Origin: Lama glama
Lineage: Eukaryota
Direction of reading: 5' to 3'
Assembly: GCA_028534125.1 (NCBI GenBank)
Contig: CM052838.1
Span: 46,748,001-46,812,000, forward strand
Length of the DNA stretch: 64,000 nt
This document shows positions 51,601-64,000 of the stretch, piece by piece (position 1 is the first letter of the stretch; every line of letters begins with the position of its first letter). Both the position numbers and the translations under genes were made by a program. The notes under the pieces are model-generated. The model searched no databases. It saw nothing but the letters and a program-made list of their open reading frames with translations, and was not told where the DNA came from.

Positions 51601-52359
51601 ACATTTCAAACAGAGGCAGAAATGAAGTTGGGCATTACATGAGCCAGAAGCTTCCCTCCACCTTCTGGGATTCGACAGCTCAGCTCCCAGGATGGAGAGC
51701 CCCAGTGAACACCGACTCCCACCAGGCCTCACGACTGGCTTAACTGGATCACCCTGGCTGTTCCCCTGCACGAGGCCAAGGAGTCCAGGTCAGCGCTGGG
51801 AACCCAGAGGATGAGGTTATGGAATCTGAAAACAGCTGATAGAGATGAAGGTGGTTTCCCGGGGGCAAACCTCACATCCCCCAGAGTGATTACTGAAAAC
51901 CCAACAGCTGAGGGGTGTAATATCACACGGCCGCAGGGTGATCTGGGGAAAGAAAAAGGGGCAGCAATTTTTCAACCCCAAATCCCTGAGGTCCTGACAA
52001 ATGATATCCCACAAAGTGCCGCAGTGCAGGGTGAAATCTGTTATGTAAGAATGCGGAAACACAGTGTGGGGAGACTTCTTCCTTGCATTTCGGTATTGCA
52101 GTAAGGTCTCGTTTCTCCTGGGGACAGAGGCCCTGTGTGTGTGTGGTGGGGTGGGGGCACAGGGGCTCCACTGCTGCCCGTTTCCGGGGCACCTGGGCCA
52201 GGGTATTTCTGGGGAGGGGAGTAGAGTCACCTGTTGGCTACACTGCAAGACTCCCACCTGGTGTGTGGCGGCCATTACACCTAGAACAGCATGCCCTGGC
52301 CTGGTACCACCAGGCCTCTCCTACTTCTCTGCCATCACTCTCCACCTCTCCCCAAAAGC

Positions 52360-52640
52360 ATGTGGCCTCTGGTTCTTCCTCACTTCACCAGGCTCCATGC
52401 GTTCTCAGCTTTACCGGCACCTCTCCAGAGAGGACTTTCCTTGCCCCACTCCATCAGCTCTTTTCTCTGCTTAATCGCTATTGTAGTGCCGGGTATTTCC
52501 TGCATTGCACTTCTCAAAATCTAGAATTGATTTCCTTGTTTACTTGTGACTATTTCTCTACCACATGTGAGCCCCGTAAGCGTGGGACTTTGTTGGCCTC
52601 TGTCACCTCTGGGCACCAGCCTGGCACTTAGTCAAGTAAT
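52360..52640 (+). mobile_element. L2 fragment
   Basis: acctctccagagaggactttccttg...ttgtttacttg...atgtgagcccc...gggactttg...cctggcacttagt. Confidence 0.6.
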
Positions 52641-53719
52641 ACGAACTTAGAGACAACTGATCACCTGAAGATTGTCCTTGTTGGAGCCTGGGCAATGTGT
52701 GCTTAAATCTGTCCCCTAGTGTTCAAACCCAGAAAAGCAGCATTTGAGATGTTTGGTAACAGACTCAATGCAAATTTGTTTGCCCCAAGAAGGGGAGGCA
52801 GCCAGGTGTTGCCCTGGGGCTGAGGCTGGGATGAGCTGGTGTCACTCTGGAACTTCAGCTGGATTTCCAAGGTCACCACCGAACCACATCTTTTGCTCAG
52901 GAAAAGGCCTTGGGACACAATAGGTACATGGAGCCAATGTGAGGTCAGAGTGATTAGCCACTGCACCTGCAGGTGGAGGTGAGACAGAGGGAGCACCCAG
53001 GACCCACTGCCCCACCCGGCTGCCTGGCAGCACGCATAGCTGCCAAGCCCTTGGATGCCTCCCTGACAAGAGCCCAGGAAGACCTAGCTCAAGGGAAGAG
53101 CTATTTCCCATCCTGGACACACCTTCCCCTGCCGTCTTCCCCTCGGCAGCCGGGATCGCTTGCTTCAAATACTACTATACTCAGGTCCCTCTCTTATTCT
53201 CCTACTTTCCATGACCCCATCCTTCCTCCCCACATACTGCTGCTCAACTTCCGCTTTCTTCATCAGGACATACCTCCTGTGGTCACCACACACCTGCCTT
53301 GCTGACTTAGCCCCCACGGGCCCAGCCTTCCGCCTGGCAGTCCACTCCTGTGGAGCTGGAATTCCTTCCTCTCTCTGCCTGTCTAGCTCCCATCTCCCAG
53401 GCCCAGCTCAATGCCTCCAACTCCTCCAGGCAGCCTCTCCTGACTGCATAGTCCCCACCCCCCCAGCACTTCAGCTCTGTGCCATGCAACAGACCCACTG
53501 AGTGATAGCCAGCATGATGGTGTCATTGGTGAGCCTCTCCTCTCCCCAGCCTTGCATGAAGACTACTGATCCTATGAGGTCTACTCCTGGGTCACCAAAG
53601 GGAATTTGACTCCTGTCTCCAACTCTTCTCTCTGTCATGGGCTGGGCCCAAGGACAGCTGCCAAGCAAGGGCTTCAGGGGGGCGACTCTGGTCCCCAGCA
53701 TGGTTTCCTGCCATCACTG

Positions 53720-54120
53720 TACTGTGCCCTACCCACCTCACAAACCATCAGGGCTGAGAGACCCCTCAGATACCACCAAGTGCAGTCCAGTTTCTAGCCA
53801 GGTGTGGAAACTGAGGCCACAAGAGGGCAAGTGAGTAGCTGTGGTTTCCAAGGTCAGTTTGCGGCAGAGCTGGCCCAGTCCAGCAGTCTGCCTAACAACT
53901 ATCATGTACTGAGTACTTACTGTGTCAGGCCCTGCACTAAGCACTGAATTCCTCTTGAACTAGCTGACACCAACCTGTAACTGTGGGTGCCATGACGGCT
54001 ACTTCGCAGGTAAGGAAACTGATGCTTAGAGGATTCCAGTAACTTCCCAGGGTCACCACTAGTAAGTGCCAATCAAAATCAGGCTTATCTAAGTTAAACC
54101 CGTATTTTTAATTGCTAGTG
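53720..54120 (-). mobile_element. MIR/MIR3 cluster
   Basis: tggaaactgaggcc...ccaaggtca; tactgagtacttactgtgtcaggccctgcactaagcact...aggaaactgatgcttagag...aacttcccagggtcac. Confidence 0.7.
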
Positions 54121-55329
54121 CAATCTCATTCTCAAAACCACCTCTAGCCTGGGTGACTGAAGCTGGGCTGGAGGGCCCACGGCTGGATTAGGATGCTCAG
54201 TGCTAGCCTGGGCTTCACGCTCAATGGCTGTTTGCCTTCCAGCCAGCTTCATGAAGTGGCTAACAACTGCACACCAGAGACAGTCTTGGACCAGAATGGA
54301 TTTTGGAATTGCTGATTAGGCTGACTTGGCAGGAACATACACGTGCCTTCCTTGGGAAGAGAAGACCTGTCAGAGACCAAGGCCTTCTGCCGGCTGGGAC
54401 AGGACCTCGTGGGGACCAGTCACCACGTCTAAATGGGGGTTGGCTCACTGGAACCAAACTCTTACAAGGCTTTGCAGAGTTAACAGTGTTAATTCCCTTA
54501 TCTGTAACGCAGACAGCAATAAACTTGCCTTTCTAGAAACAGCCTACACTATCTTTATTGGGACATCTCTTTTCTAGAGCAGCTTGGCAGTCTGAATTAC
54601 CCACCAGGTGGTTCCTTAGTAAGCACACAATCTAAGTAAACACATAGAAAATATACAGGAGAAGTGCATTTAAGACATCAGAAAGTCTGCAAAGCTACCC
54701 CAGGCTCACTACACAGTCTGCCCCTTCAGTACCCAGAATGCTCACATCAATCAGAGTTTAAGCTCCATAAAGGCAGGAATCTATGAGCACGCACCCAATC
54801 AGCACGGGGCCTGAGACAAAAGAGGCATTCAAAAATTGTGAAACAAACAAATGAGTGGATAAATAAAGTATATACAGTGCATTTCTCAGTTCTAGAAAGC
54901 CCACATGGAACCAATTATAACAACGTTCAGAAGAAGCAGCTAAATAACTGGATAGATACACCTTCAATGTTAAGATATGGCTGAAGAATGCATCATCTTC
55001 GACAGCATGAAATAATCATTATGGCACATAGATCTGAGAGGAGAGCTTATTACTGTGTCTTACTGATAAAAATATTTGTCAAATAATAAATGGTTACATC
55101 TTATTGAGGAAAAAAAAAATCCGACATAGTATGTGTCACTGTTCTCTTATACGCATGAGGAAATGGATTCCTGCTTATACCAGCCAGTTAGGGTAGCATT
55201 AGATCTTAAACCCAATATTCAGATTCCTGATTCTTTGCTTTCTCCACTTTCTCCACACACACAGCTGCTAAGTAAATAGCCAACATGTTCTGGGGTACCA
55301 TACTCCCCTATATCACCTTTCTTTAAAAC

Positions 55330-55810
55330 CTGTCCTCCAACAGCCACTGCTGAAGAGGCTGGCAAGGTAGCCATGTTTATACCCCATGGCACTTCTAGAC
55401 ACAGCTGATTGGCCCAGGGCTGGACACCTGATCCAAGATCTGTCACTCCACTGGTTGGCCAGGAACCAATCAGATTCAAACTTTAAAATTTGAACTCGGA
55501 GAACCAGAGACCATTGTCAGTTGGTGGCGGTTACCTCAACTGAAAAGTCGAGCCCTTACAAACCAACAGCAGGCTGCTGTTATGAATGAACATAAAGAGA
55601 AGGAAGACTAGTCTGCAGTTAGGAGACCACTGCTTTAAATCCACATGGCCCCCAAGAGAGAGACAGAGAGAAGAGCAGCTGCTGTGTCTCATGCCAGCTT
55701 TCTGCTTGGGTTCTGGTGAGGTTTTCCCAAATCCATTGAATAATCTCTTGAGCAAGTCTGAGTGGATGTCTGTCCTCTGCTCACAACGCAGTTGGGACTA
55801 AAGCACTGAC
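55330..55810. mobile_element. MaLR LTR (MLT1-like)
   Basis: cagctgattggcccagggctggacacctgatccaag...ggaaccaatcagattc...ttgagcaagtctgagtggatgtctgtcctctgc resembles MLT1 LTR. Confidence 0.55.
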
Positions 55811-58800
55811 TTGGGAGGGAACTGAAGATTCTCAAACTCCAAGGCTTAGTGTTCTCACCTGTACAATTTCTCACCTGGATGGCCCAGGAGCTCAACATCC
55901 CTTGCCAACACAATGCTTTTAACCTTAGTCCTACAGCTATGTGCCTCCGGGGAAGTATAAGAACTCCAGTGCCAGGAAGGAAGCAAAGACTCAGAGAAGG
56001 AAAGCTGAAGCAGAAGAAGAAAAAGCATCTGCTGACTCATGTCCCCACATCCAGCCCTGGCCCCTAGTCCTGAGAGAAGGAAACCATCCTGCAAAGCTGG
56101 AGGCAGCTTTGCTCAACACAGAAATCAGAGCAACTGGAACCCTGCCAGTACCACTCTGCCAGAACTCAGACCAGATTTTGCCTGCTGGAAGGTAAAGCCA
56201 ATGTGGTCTTTGAGGGATAAGAACGTTATTTCAGACATCATCTCAGGCACTGTTGTTTATGTCCAGGGTGGAGGGGTTTTCAAGGACAAGACAATAGTTG
56301 GCAAAGCTAACAAAGCTGTTGAATCTTTCTGCAAGATTTGTCCCTGTTGATCAACGGAGAGAAAGAGTCCTTTTATGGCTGGGCCCCAGGCCTGCTGTTT
56401 GATCAAAAATGCTTTCCCTGAAGCCACTCAGGTCCCACCACTTGTGGTTATCTTTGACTTCTGTTCATTTACATTCCCTGGAATAGGCTTGACCTTGGTA
56501 TTGGGTGTACATCACCCTCCTCAGATCCTCTTAGCGGCAGCTCATCCCCAAGTTCAAAGTAATAATTAACAACAAGAATTCCCTCTACCCATGAGCACCA
56601 TGCTGGAAGGAGGGACACAGAGCTATCCTTCTGCAATGATGCTCCAGGGAGCCCTGCAGTCATCTCAACTAGCCTATGTCTGTCCCTGACCCGCAGCATC
56701 ATCAGCTCAGTGATGACCCTTCCCAGGATCAGCCCATTCTCACCCTCCTCCCACTTCCTCTGTAGAAGGGAGAGATCTCAGCTGTTGGGACTCTAGGGAA
56801 ATGACTTAACTTCTTAGCCTGTTACTTCAGCCACAAAATGGTTAAAGCACCTCTACCACATGGGGTTGGTCCATGATTCCAGTAAAATGATGCATGTGAA
56901 GTGCATGGCCTGGACCTAGTTTACTGTTTTCTGACTCTGAATTGCCTTGGAGACACATTTCTCCTTAGACCAATGAAATTACAGAGCACTAGCACAACCA
57001 TACTTCCAAATCCCTCGGTGGCTATGGTCCCTGCCAGAGGGCTGTGACGAGCAAGCAGAGCCAGAGGTGGCTGCATCCCTCTATGGACACTCTAGGAACT
57101 TTCAGTCAAGTGAGAGAGGAACACAGGCAAAGTCCTGGCTCCCAACGGGCAAGGCAAGGACCCAGGGGGCAGGGTGATACTAACTGGGGCTGCTGCCCCC
57201 AACAATTTGAGTGGAAATGCCTCAACACGCCCACTATGTCCTAAGGTCAAAGGCATCACAATTGGGTCTTTGTTCCAGAGTTCAAAAGCCTTGCTTACCA
57301 CTCTTTCCAAAGACAGCTTGCAGGATGCACAACACACCTCCCCTCCCCCACCATCAGACATCCAGCTTCCTTGAACTGGGAAACCACCCTCCCAAGGATC
57401 TGCAGTTGGCCCTTTTCCTTCCTCCCCTCCACCCACTTAGTTTCTCTAGTTAAGCTGGTTGTACAGTCCAGGAGGCCTCCTTGTTTCTGACGGCAATAGA
57501 CAGTGTGGGTCTGCACGGTGGACACAGTGCTCCAAGACCCCTGTGTACACATCTGCTGCTGAGCAGCTGTGTCCACCAAGGGGAAAGACACGAACCCCAG
57601 AAAAGTGGAGAGGTCATGCTCAGGGAGGTTCTCTCCACCTAATACCCAGGGCCCTATGGAGTGTCCCAGCTACAGAGTCCAGATCTGGGAGAGGGCTCAG
57701 GGAGGTCACCTGCTCCAGGCCCAGTTTCCAAGCAGCCACCAGTCTCCATTTCACAGAAGGAATAGCTGAGGCCCAGAGGGATTAAGGGATTGAAGCCACC
57801 CAGCCGGTAGGTGGTGGACAGAATCCTACTTCCAGGGACAGTAGCTCCCTCAGAGGGTTGCTGTGCCAGACTGGGCTGCCCTAGGGGGTCAGGCTACCTG
57901 AGCCCATCCCCTCAAACAGCCATCGGGAACTGCTCAGGAGGGGAGGTGCCTTACACCTTTCCAGGCCTGCCACAGAACCCCCTTTTTGTCAAGGGTCTCC
58001 CTCCTCCACTCCCAGACAGGACCCCAAGTGTCCTCGGGGTCCTAGGTATGGGATGGGAAGCAAAGGGAGTCAGGCAGTCTGAAAGCAAGCTGACTTCCTT
58101 TTGTGTGGGGTCTCCTCGTAAGCCATCCTGGCCAGTGGCTGCTACCCAGAGACATGGGGGCTCCTCCTGATGCTCCAGTGCTACATAGCTGTGCTGGTGG
58201 CACAAGGCAGGAGGGTCCCGAAGCCAGAACTCAACTTCTGAGCAGCCCTGACCTCACATGGAAAAGCAGACATGCCTTCCTTTGGAGCAAGCCCCAAAAC
58301 AAACAGCTCTCTGTCCTCAGCAGGTGTCTTTAATCTCAACATTAGAAAGCCCTTCCTTTGGGTCTTGAAGTGCTTAAGAGTTTCTAGAGCCAGAAGCCTT
58401 TGACAAGGCAGCTTCTCTGGGGGTGGGGAGATGGGGCTGGTACTGTGATAAAGGCTGAAGGCCAAGCTGTGCAGGAAGGAGACCAGCGTGGGCACCTGGG
58501 GTGAAGGACCAGGCCTTAGGCTAGGGACGTGGCTCTGCCGGGTGGGGACAGCTGCTACCAACCACTGTGGGATGACTCCTGGCACAAGGGCAGAGCCTGA
58601 TTTCTCTGAAGGGAACAGGCTGTGAAGACCCCAGACCCAGGAGGGTTATGAGTCAGGCCTATGTTGGCATCACAGCCCTGTTCTCAGAAAGCACAGTTTC
58701 TGAGCCTCCTGTAGCAAAAGCCTAAACTCACTTCCCCCAAGAGGCCTGCTGGGATTTCCTCAGCATCTCTACAGCTACTTGCTGCCTATAGGCATAGGAA

Positions 58801-59945
58801 TCAGGGACCCAGGAATAACCCCGGTCTGTCCTGTTTTTGACTTCAGGTGACTCACTTTCCCTCAACTTTTCTGTGCCTCAGTTATTCTATCTATAGAATG
58901 GGCATAGGCATCCTTTGGTCTGCTTTTGTTTCAGAGCTTAAAATATTGGAAGGGAACAGAGTGGGACAGGAAAAGAACAGGCCCCTCCCCTCCCCTCTGG
59001 GAGTGTCTTCCAAACCAGGCCAGAGAGGCTCCTATGCTCGGTGGGCCTTCCCCAACAGCAAACTGAAACCAAAACAGAACATCCCGGGAACCAATTCAAG
59101 CCTCAGCAATCTGTGAGCAAACTGACGAAGGATGTCCTGGGCCAGAGTTCATTGTTGCAGGGGGTTGCACAGGTCTGCATCTTGGATTGATGGACTCAGG
59201 CCCTCATCTCTCCACCTGAGAGCCTCTTGCTGCCAAGGGTACTGAGGCACTGGGGCCCACTCAGAACCTCAGAATTGGCAGCCCCTGAGACAGCCATCCT
59301 CACGGCCCTAGACAAGACAAAGCCTCAGTTCCCAATGACAGGGCAGCTGCTGCAGGACCCTCCCTAGCCCCAGGACCTCACTTCATCTCCCGGTCTGGGC
59401 CCTCCTCCCAGGTCCTGGCGGCCTTCAGCTCAGCAGGAGGCTGTCAGCTCACCGCCTAGATACTAGCCAACCTCCACAGGCCTGGCCTTCCCTCAGACAG
59501 TCCTCCAGGGGCCTGAGGACCCGGGACCCCACAGTGACGTCATGGCCAGCCTTCCCCACCAACCAGCCTGGTTCTCCCACCCCTGCTGGACCCCGCTTGG
59601 AATATGGCCCCAAGACAGAAGCTGCTGTAGGGTGCCCCAGAGCCGGGAGCCACCTACCCGCTGGGCCTCAGAGGGCACAGGGACCATGAACATGGACTGG
59701 ACAGTCATGCCCACGCTGCCACCCTGGCCTTGCATTAACACAAGCTGTTAATTACCCTGAGCGGTGGAGACATTCCTCCACCACCAGGCAAACTGCTGGC
59801 CTGCAGCCCAAACCAACAGGGGAAACTTCAGCCTCCTCGGCCCTCTCCCCGCCAGATGGAAATAACGTATAGCTGCAGAGGTGGGGGAGGAGGAGGGGAA
59901 CAAAAACCAGCCTGGCTGGAGCCCCAAGTGGCTGGCCAGCCAGCC

Positions 59946-60133
59946 NNNNNNNNNNNNNNNNNNNNNNNNNNNNNNNNNNNNNNNNNNNNNNNNNNNNNNN
60001 NNNNNNNNNNNNNNNNNNNNNNNNNNNNNNNNNNNNNNNNNNNNNNNNNNNNNNNNNNNNNNNNNNNNNNNNNNNNNNNNNNNNNNNNNNNNNNNNNNNN
60101 NNNNNNNNNNNNNNNNNNNNNNNNNNNNNNNNN
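59946..60133. other. Assembly gap (188 N) at the edge of a GC-rich island
   Basis: Run of N. Confidence 1.
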
Positions 60134-61120
60134 CCCGCGGCCGGGGCGCCCCCTGTCCATCGGCCTCGGGGGAGGCTGTTCGGTCGCCAGCGCCTCTCGG
60201 AGGGGCCGCTTGCAGCCAGGGCTCGCAGCTCGCTGGGCCCCAAGGACAGGCCATATAGCAGGGCCCCACACCGGCCCGCTGCACCGCGGGGACCGGGGGA
60301 CATGGGGAGCCAGGGGCCAGCAGAGGGGGTGGGGAGGGGGGAGAGAGACAGACAGAGATGAGAGGGGCTGAGGGAACTCAGAGGAGAAGGCCTGCTGCTG
60401 CTATGAGTTAGTCACAGCCCGGCACGAGGGAGTCAGAGGAGAGGCCTGGCGCGGACGTGGTCTCTCCGGGCCCCTTGGCCGCAGGGGTGAGAGGGGAGGG
60501 CCGCGGGCAGGCGGGTGGGCGGCCCATGGGGGCTGAGGCCAGAGCGGAGGAGAGAGGAAAGGCCAGGCCGGGAGGAGGGCTCGGGCCTCTCCCCCAACCC
60601 CTGTAAACCCAGAGAAAGAGTCAGCAGTCCTCCCCTCGGGAGGGAGAGGGAGAGAGCGGGAGAGGACGGCTCCACAGCCCGGGCCCAGGCGAGAAGTCAA
60701 GAGGGTTTGAGGCCGCCAATCACTGGGGTTTACTCGCAGCCCTTAAATAGAAACACATGAGACCCATCGAATGAGGAGCCGGGGGTGGAGGCAGGCGAGG
60801 GGGAGGAGGGCCGAGACTGTTTACTTGAAACCCAAGAAGAAAGTCCCAGCGCCAGCACTGGAGAGCCCAGCCCGCCCCCCGCCAACTTTTCGTCAAGTTC
60901 GGCTCCATTCCTGCCCCTTGGGCTCACCAAGGCATTGCCACCGAGCCCACGGGCCTGGCGCCCTGGAACCAGCCCCAGGCAGGGGGCCCCCAGCCCTGCT
61001 TCCCGACAAGGCAGCGGCAACGTCTGTCCTGGCTGCCGCCCTCCGGCCGCGTGGAGACCAGCTCAGCCTCCCTCTGCCTTTAAGCTCTGCTGGGGCTTGT
61101 GGTCGGGCTCCCGGAAGCCT
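60134..61120. promoter_or_regulatory. CpG-rich island / candidate internal promoter of SH3PXD2A
   Basis: High CpG density relative to the rest of the window; GCCAATCA (60715-60722), GC box CCCGCCCC (60871-60878), CTATTTAAGG on minus (60741-60750), TATA-like CTATATGG on minus (60251-60258). Confidence 0.6.
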
Positions 61121-61659
61121 CCAGCCGCCCTCTCCTGGCAATTTCAGGAGCCTGAGGGGTCAAAAGGTGGGGCTCAGCAGGAGGAGGGCAGTGGGCCGGA
61201 GGTTCCCAGGAGCAAGCAACTTCCCTGTCCTCCTTAGCCACCGGACCAGAGCACAAACACTGGGCTGGAATGTGGACAGACTGGGTGCCCATCTCAGCTT
61301 ACTTGCTGTGTGACAGTGGACATGCTGCTTAAACCTCTCTGTGCCTATTACCATCACCACCACTAGGGTGGAGTGGGGACAAAGCACCTAAGATAATACA
61401 GACCTGCTAGGGCTGAAAGAATCCACAAACCAGAGACCTACCGGTCACCTACAGGAAGCCTTCCTACATACCCCCCGATCTCCCCTCAGAAGGGAATTCC
61501 TAGTACACTTCTTAAACTATACATCTACCCATCTCCTGAAAGGCTGGGGGCCTCATATTGCCAGCCTGGCTATAGAAATGGCTGAGAGGGTCCCCAGGCT
61601 CCACATGGCCCCCTTGGTGCTTCAGCCTGCTGCTACATTCCCTGCATGCCTGAGTCTAA

Positions 61660-61870
61660 CTTGGCAGATGTTCTATGCCAGGCACGTACACCGTTCCATT
61701 TTATCCTCACGACAATCCTCCTGCCTTCCCACTTCACAAAAGACACCTCAGAGGGCCAGAGAGGACAAGAGGCTTGCCCCAGCTCACACAGCTACTACAC
61801 AGAGAACCAAATTCATTCAATGTTTTAGGTTCAAGCCCATCTCTTTCCATGACAGAACTGCCTCTGATTC
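61660..61870 (-). mobile_element. MIR
   Basis: ttctatgccaggcac...ttatcctcacgacaatcct...gcttgccccagctcacacagcta. Confidence 0.65.
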
Positions 61871-61896
61871 CTATTTCCAGACACCCCATTCTTCTA

Positions 61897-62067
61897 GCAC
61901 AATGATCCTCAACTTGGTTCCATAAGATCGCCTGGGGAGCTTTTAAAGAATACTGATGTCTGGGCCCCACCCCCAGAGATCCAGATTTAACTGGTCTTGG
62001 GTATTTTTTAGACACCCTGTCCTCCCACGTGGTTCTCATACACAGCCAGGGTGAGAAAAGCACTGCT
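61897..62067. mobile_element. MER5A-like hAT-Charlie element
   Basis: cctggggagcttttaaagaatactgatgtctgggccccacccccagagat...gatttaactggtct...cagccagggtgagaaaagcactg matches the MER5A consensus layout. Confidence 0.8.
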
Positions 62068-62619
62068 TAGATCTTTGGGTCTCCCCATGCAGCCATCTAA
62101 CCTAGGGCAAGGGGGCAATGGAGGGGAAAGGATCCACAGCCCCTGGCAGTTTTCTCCCAGGAGGTGTGCACCCTGCAGCTCCCGCTCGGCCCCCTGGAGA
62201 CCCAAGAGGGACCTTGTCCCAGCTGAGGCCTGCCACATGGGTACGCACTACCCAAGGCAGCCCCTCCAAAGCCAGGATTGTATTTCAGGCTGAAATGCAA
62301 CCAACAGCTGAGCGATGGGGCCAGTTTCGTGCCTGCCCCTACCAGCCGGACAGAGACAGCGCTGGGCACAGAGCGGACAGATTACCTCCCACTGTGCACC
62401 CCCCGCACCCTTGGGGTGAGGGGCAGTGCCTCTGTGGCCAAGGGCACTTCTTAAGTGCACCCAGCACAAAAAGGGCCAGCCTCTGCCCTGTGGGACACAG
62501 GGACTCCCTTTCCAGTGTGTGGGAAAGGAAAACTCAAGATACAAACAGAACACAGGATTTCCCCAGCTGGTTAGAGAGCTTCCAAATCCTGAGAGAACCC
62601 CGATTATGCCGGCAACGAA

Positions 62620-63050
62620 CAGCAAACCTTCTTAAGTGCTCACTCTGGGCAGCACCACCTAACGCCGACCTTATCACGGGCTGTCTCATTTGATTCTCAG
62701 AACAACGCAGGTGTAGGTCCTTGTTATAGCCCCATCTCATGCAAAGGCAGACTAAGGCTCATGAGGCAATCTTTCTAAGGTCACACAGCTGGGACTGAAC
62801 CCAGGCCCAACTGACACCACTGCTTGTGTCCAGATTTCTGCCCTGCACATGGCCTACAGAGAGCCACTGATCTGGAGGGACCCTGCCTCATCCTGTACCC
62901 ACGCATGTGGCAAACAGTTGATGCTTAATAAAGACTGGAGTGTTGGTTCCCTGTCGACTCTTGTGGCATCTATTGACCAGATCACAGTGCCCACTGGGGT
63001 AGGCACTCTGTAACCATTTGTGAAATGAATGAATGGGCAGATAGATGAAC
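62620..63050. mobile_element. MIR plus L2 3' fragments
   Basis: tctcatttgattctcagaacaac...ctaaggtcacacagct; agtgcccactggggtaggcactc...tgaaatgaatgaatg. Confidence 0.6.
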
Positions 63051-64000
63051 AGAGTGATTTAATGGCTTGCTTTGAACCAATACAGATAAACCAGGCAGGA
63101 CCTCATCTCTGAAATTTGGGGAAGCTAGACAACTAAACTCTGGAAGGGAGAAAGGAGAGATGGGGAAACAGAGGCAGGGAGGAGTGAGGAGTGATTTGTG
63201 GCCAAAAGCTGCTTAGAAAGGACAAGTCGGGTGTCGGCAAATGGAGAGACATCAGCTCATTTTAATCCAAGCCAAGGAAATCTGAGGCAAGATTTCAAAG
63301 AGGGGAAAAATCCACATACTGCACCCCCTCCATCCCACCCCTTGGAAAATTGGCCTGAGCTGTCTGAAGACTGACACTCTGGGACACAGGTAGAAAAGTT
63401 AAGAAAATGTTCTCCAGGCATTCCAGAGCACAGAAGACCGACAGTGGCACATAGGCTAGGGGACAGACAGATGGACACACCAATAGACACTCTGTCCTCC
63501 TGGCTGCCTGACCCTCCCTCACTACAAGCAGGCTCTGTGCTCGCGCTCTCTGGCATCTGCCTCTTAGGGTGTTGCCTGCCCAGGGCTGCCCAGGTGGGCG
63601 TGAGCTGGGAGCAGGTATCCAGATGAGAAACCACTCGGCAGGCAGGCCGCTGGGTGACGTCATCCCACAGAGGCTGCTCTGGATCCTCTCCCAGCCAAGG
63701 CCTGGAAAACTGGGGGCCGAAGGAGTTGGCCCGAGGGAGGGGGAGGGGGAGTGGAAGGAGCCTCCTGTCTTCAGACAGGAAGGCTTTAGCAGAGACATGG
63801 AGAAGGGGGTGTACCCTTTTCAGAGAGGAGAGCTCCTCCCAGGTTGGAAGGGGACTCTGTAAGAGTCTCATCCAGGGATGGGCCTTTGTGCCTTTCTCAG
63901 AGCCCCTGGCAGCTCCCCAGAGCCCTGCCCCATCCTTGCCTCCCACCTGCATTCCTCCAACCACCACCTGGATGGACCCCTGGCTCCTGCAAGATCCCGG

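Noticed and set aside
54601-54614. CTCF-like CCACCAGGTGGTTC
   Set aside because: Mismatch at the critical GGC position and the following base; weak.
59748-60371. ORFs spanning the N gap
   Set aside because: Lengths are artefacts of N translation; only the MDRGRPGRG start is kept as a hypothesis.
1-64000. CRISPR arrays, prokaryotic operons, intact transposase/RT ORFs
   Set aside because: None seen; this is eukaryotic intron/UTR DNA with only decayed elements.

Overview
Mammalian (placental, non-primate/non-rodent-looking) genomic DNA holding the 3' half of SH3PXD2A (Tks5/Fish) on the minus strand. Seven coding exons can be placed by GT/AG boundaries, phase continuity and recognised peptide: 31004-30891, 26631-26548 (alternative 84-nt cassette), 21562-21445, 17921-17584, 16487-16438, 13804-13685 and 11534-9561 (stop TAA). 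A ~7.5 kb 3'UTR ends near an AATAAA at 2084-2089. Bases ~1-1010 are probably the 3'UTR end of the convergent neighbour (NEURL1 by human synteny). The next upstream exon (first part of SH3#1) is not visible and probably sits in the 188-N gap at 59946-60133, next to a CpG-rich internal-promoter-like island. Introns carry only old repeats (MIR, L2, L1M, MLT1, MER5A, Tigger). The clearest unexpected element is a 35-nt 5' half of tRNA-Gly(GCC), cut at the anticodon, with no poly(A) tail and a perfect 15-bp target-site duplication in the last intron (13535-13596). Other points of note: a YCAY-dense, AG-free acceptor region for the polybasic cassette exon; four miR-25/92 sites that a proximal poly(A) signal would remove; divergent CTCF motifs at the gene end; and several dense TF-motif clusters. 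I found no wholly new multi-gene system. Nearly all ORF-track entries outside these exons are spurious.
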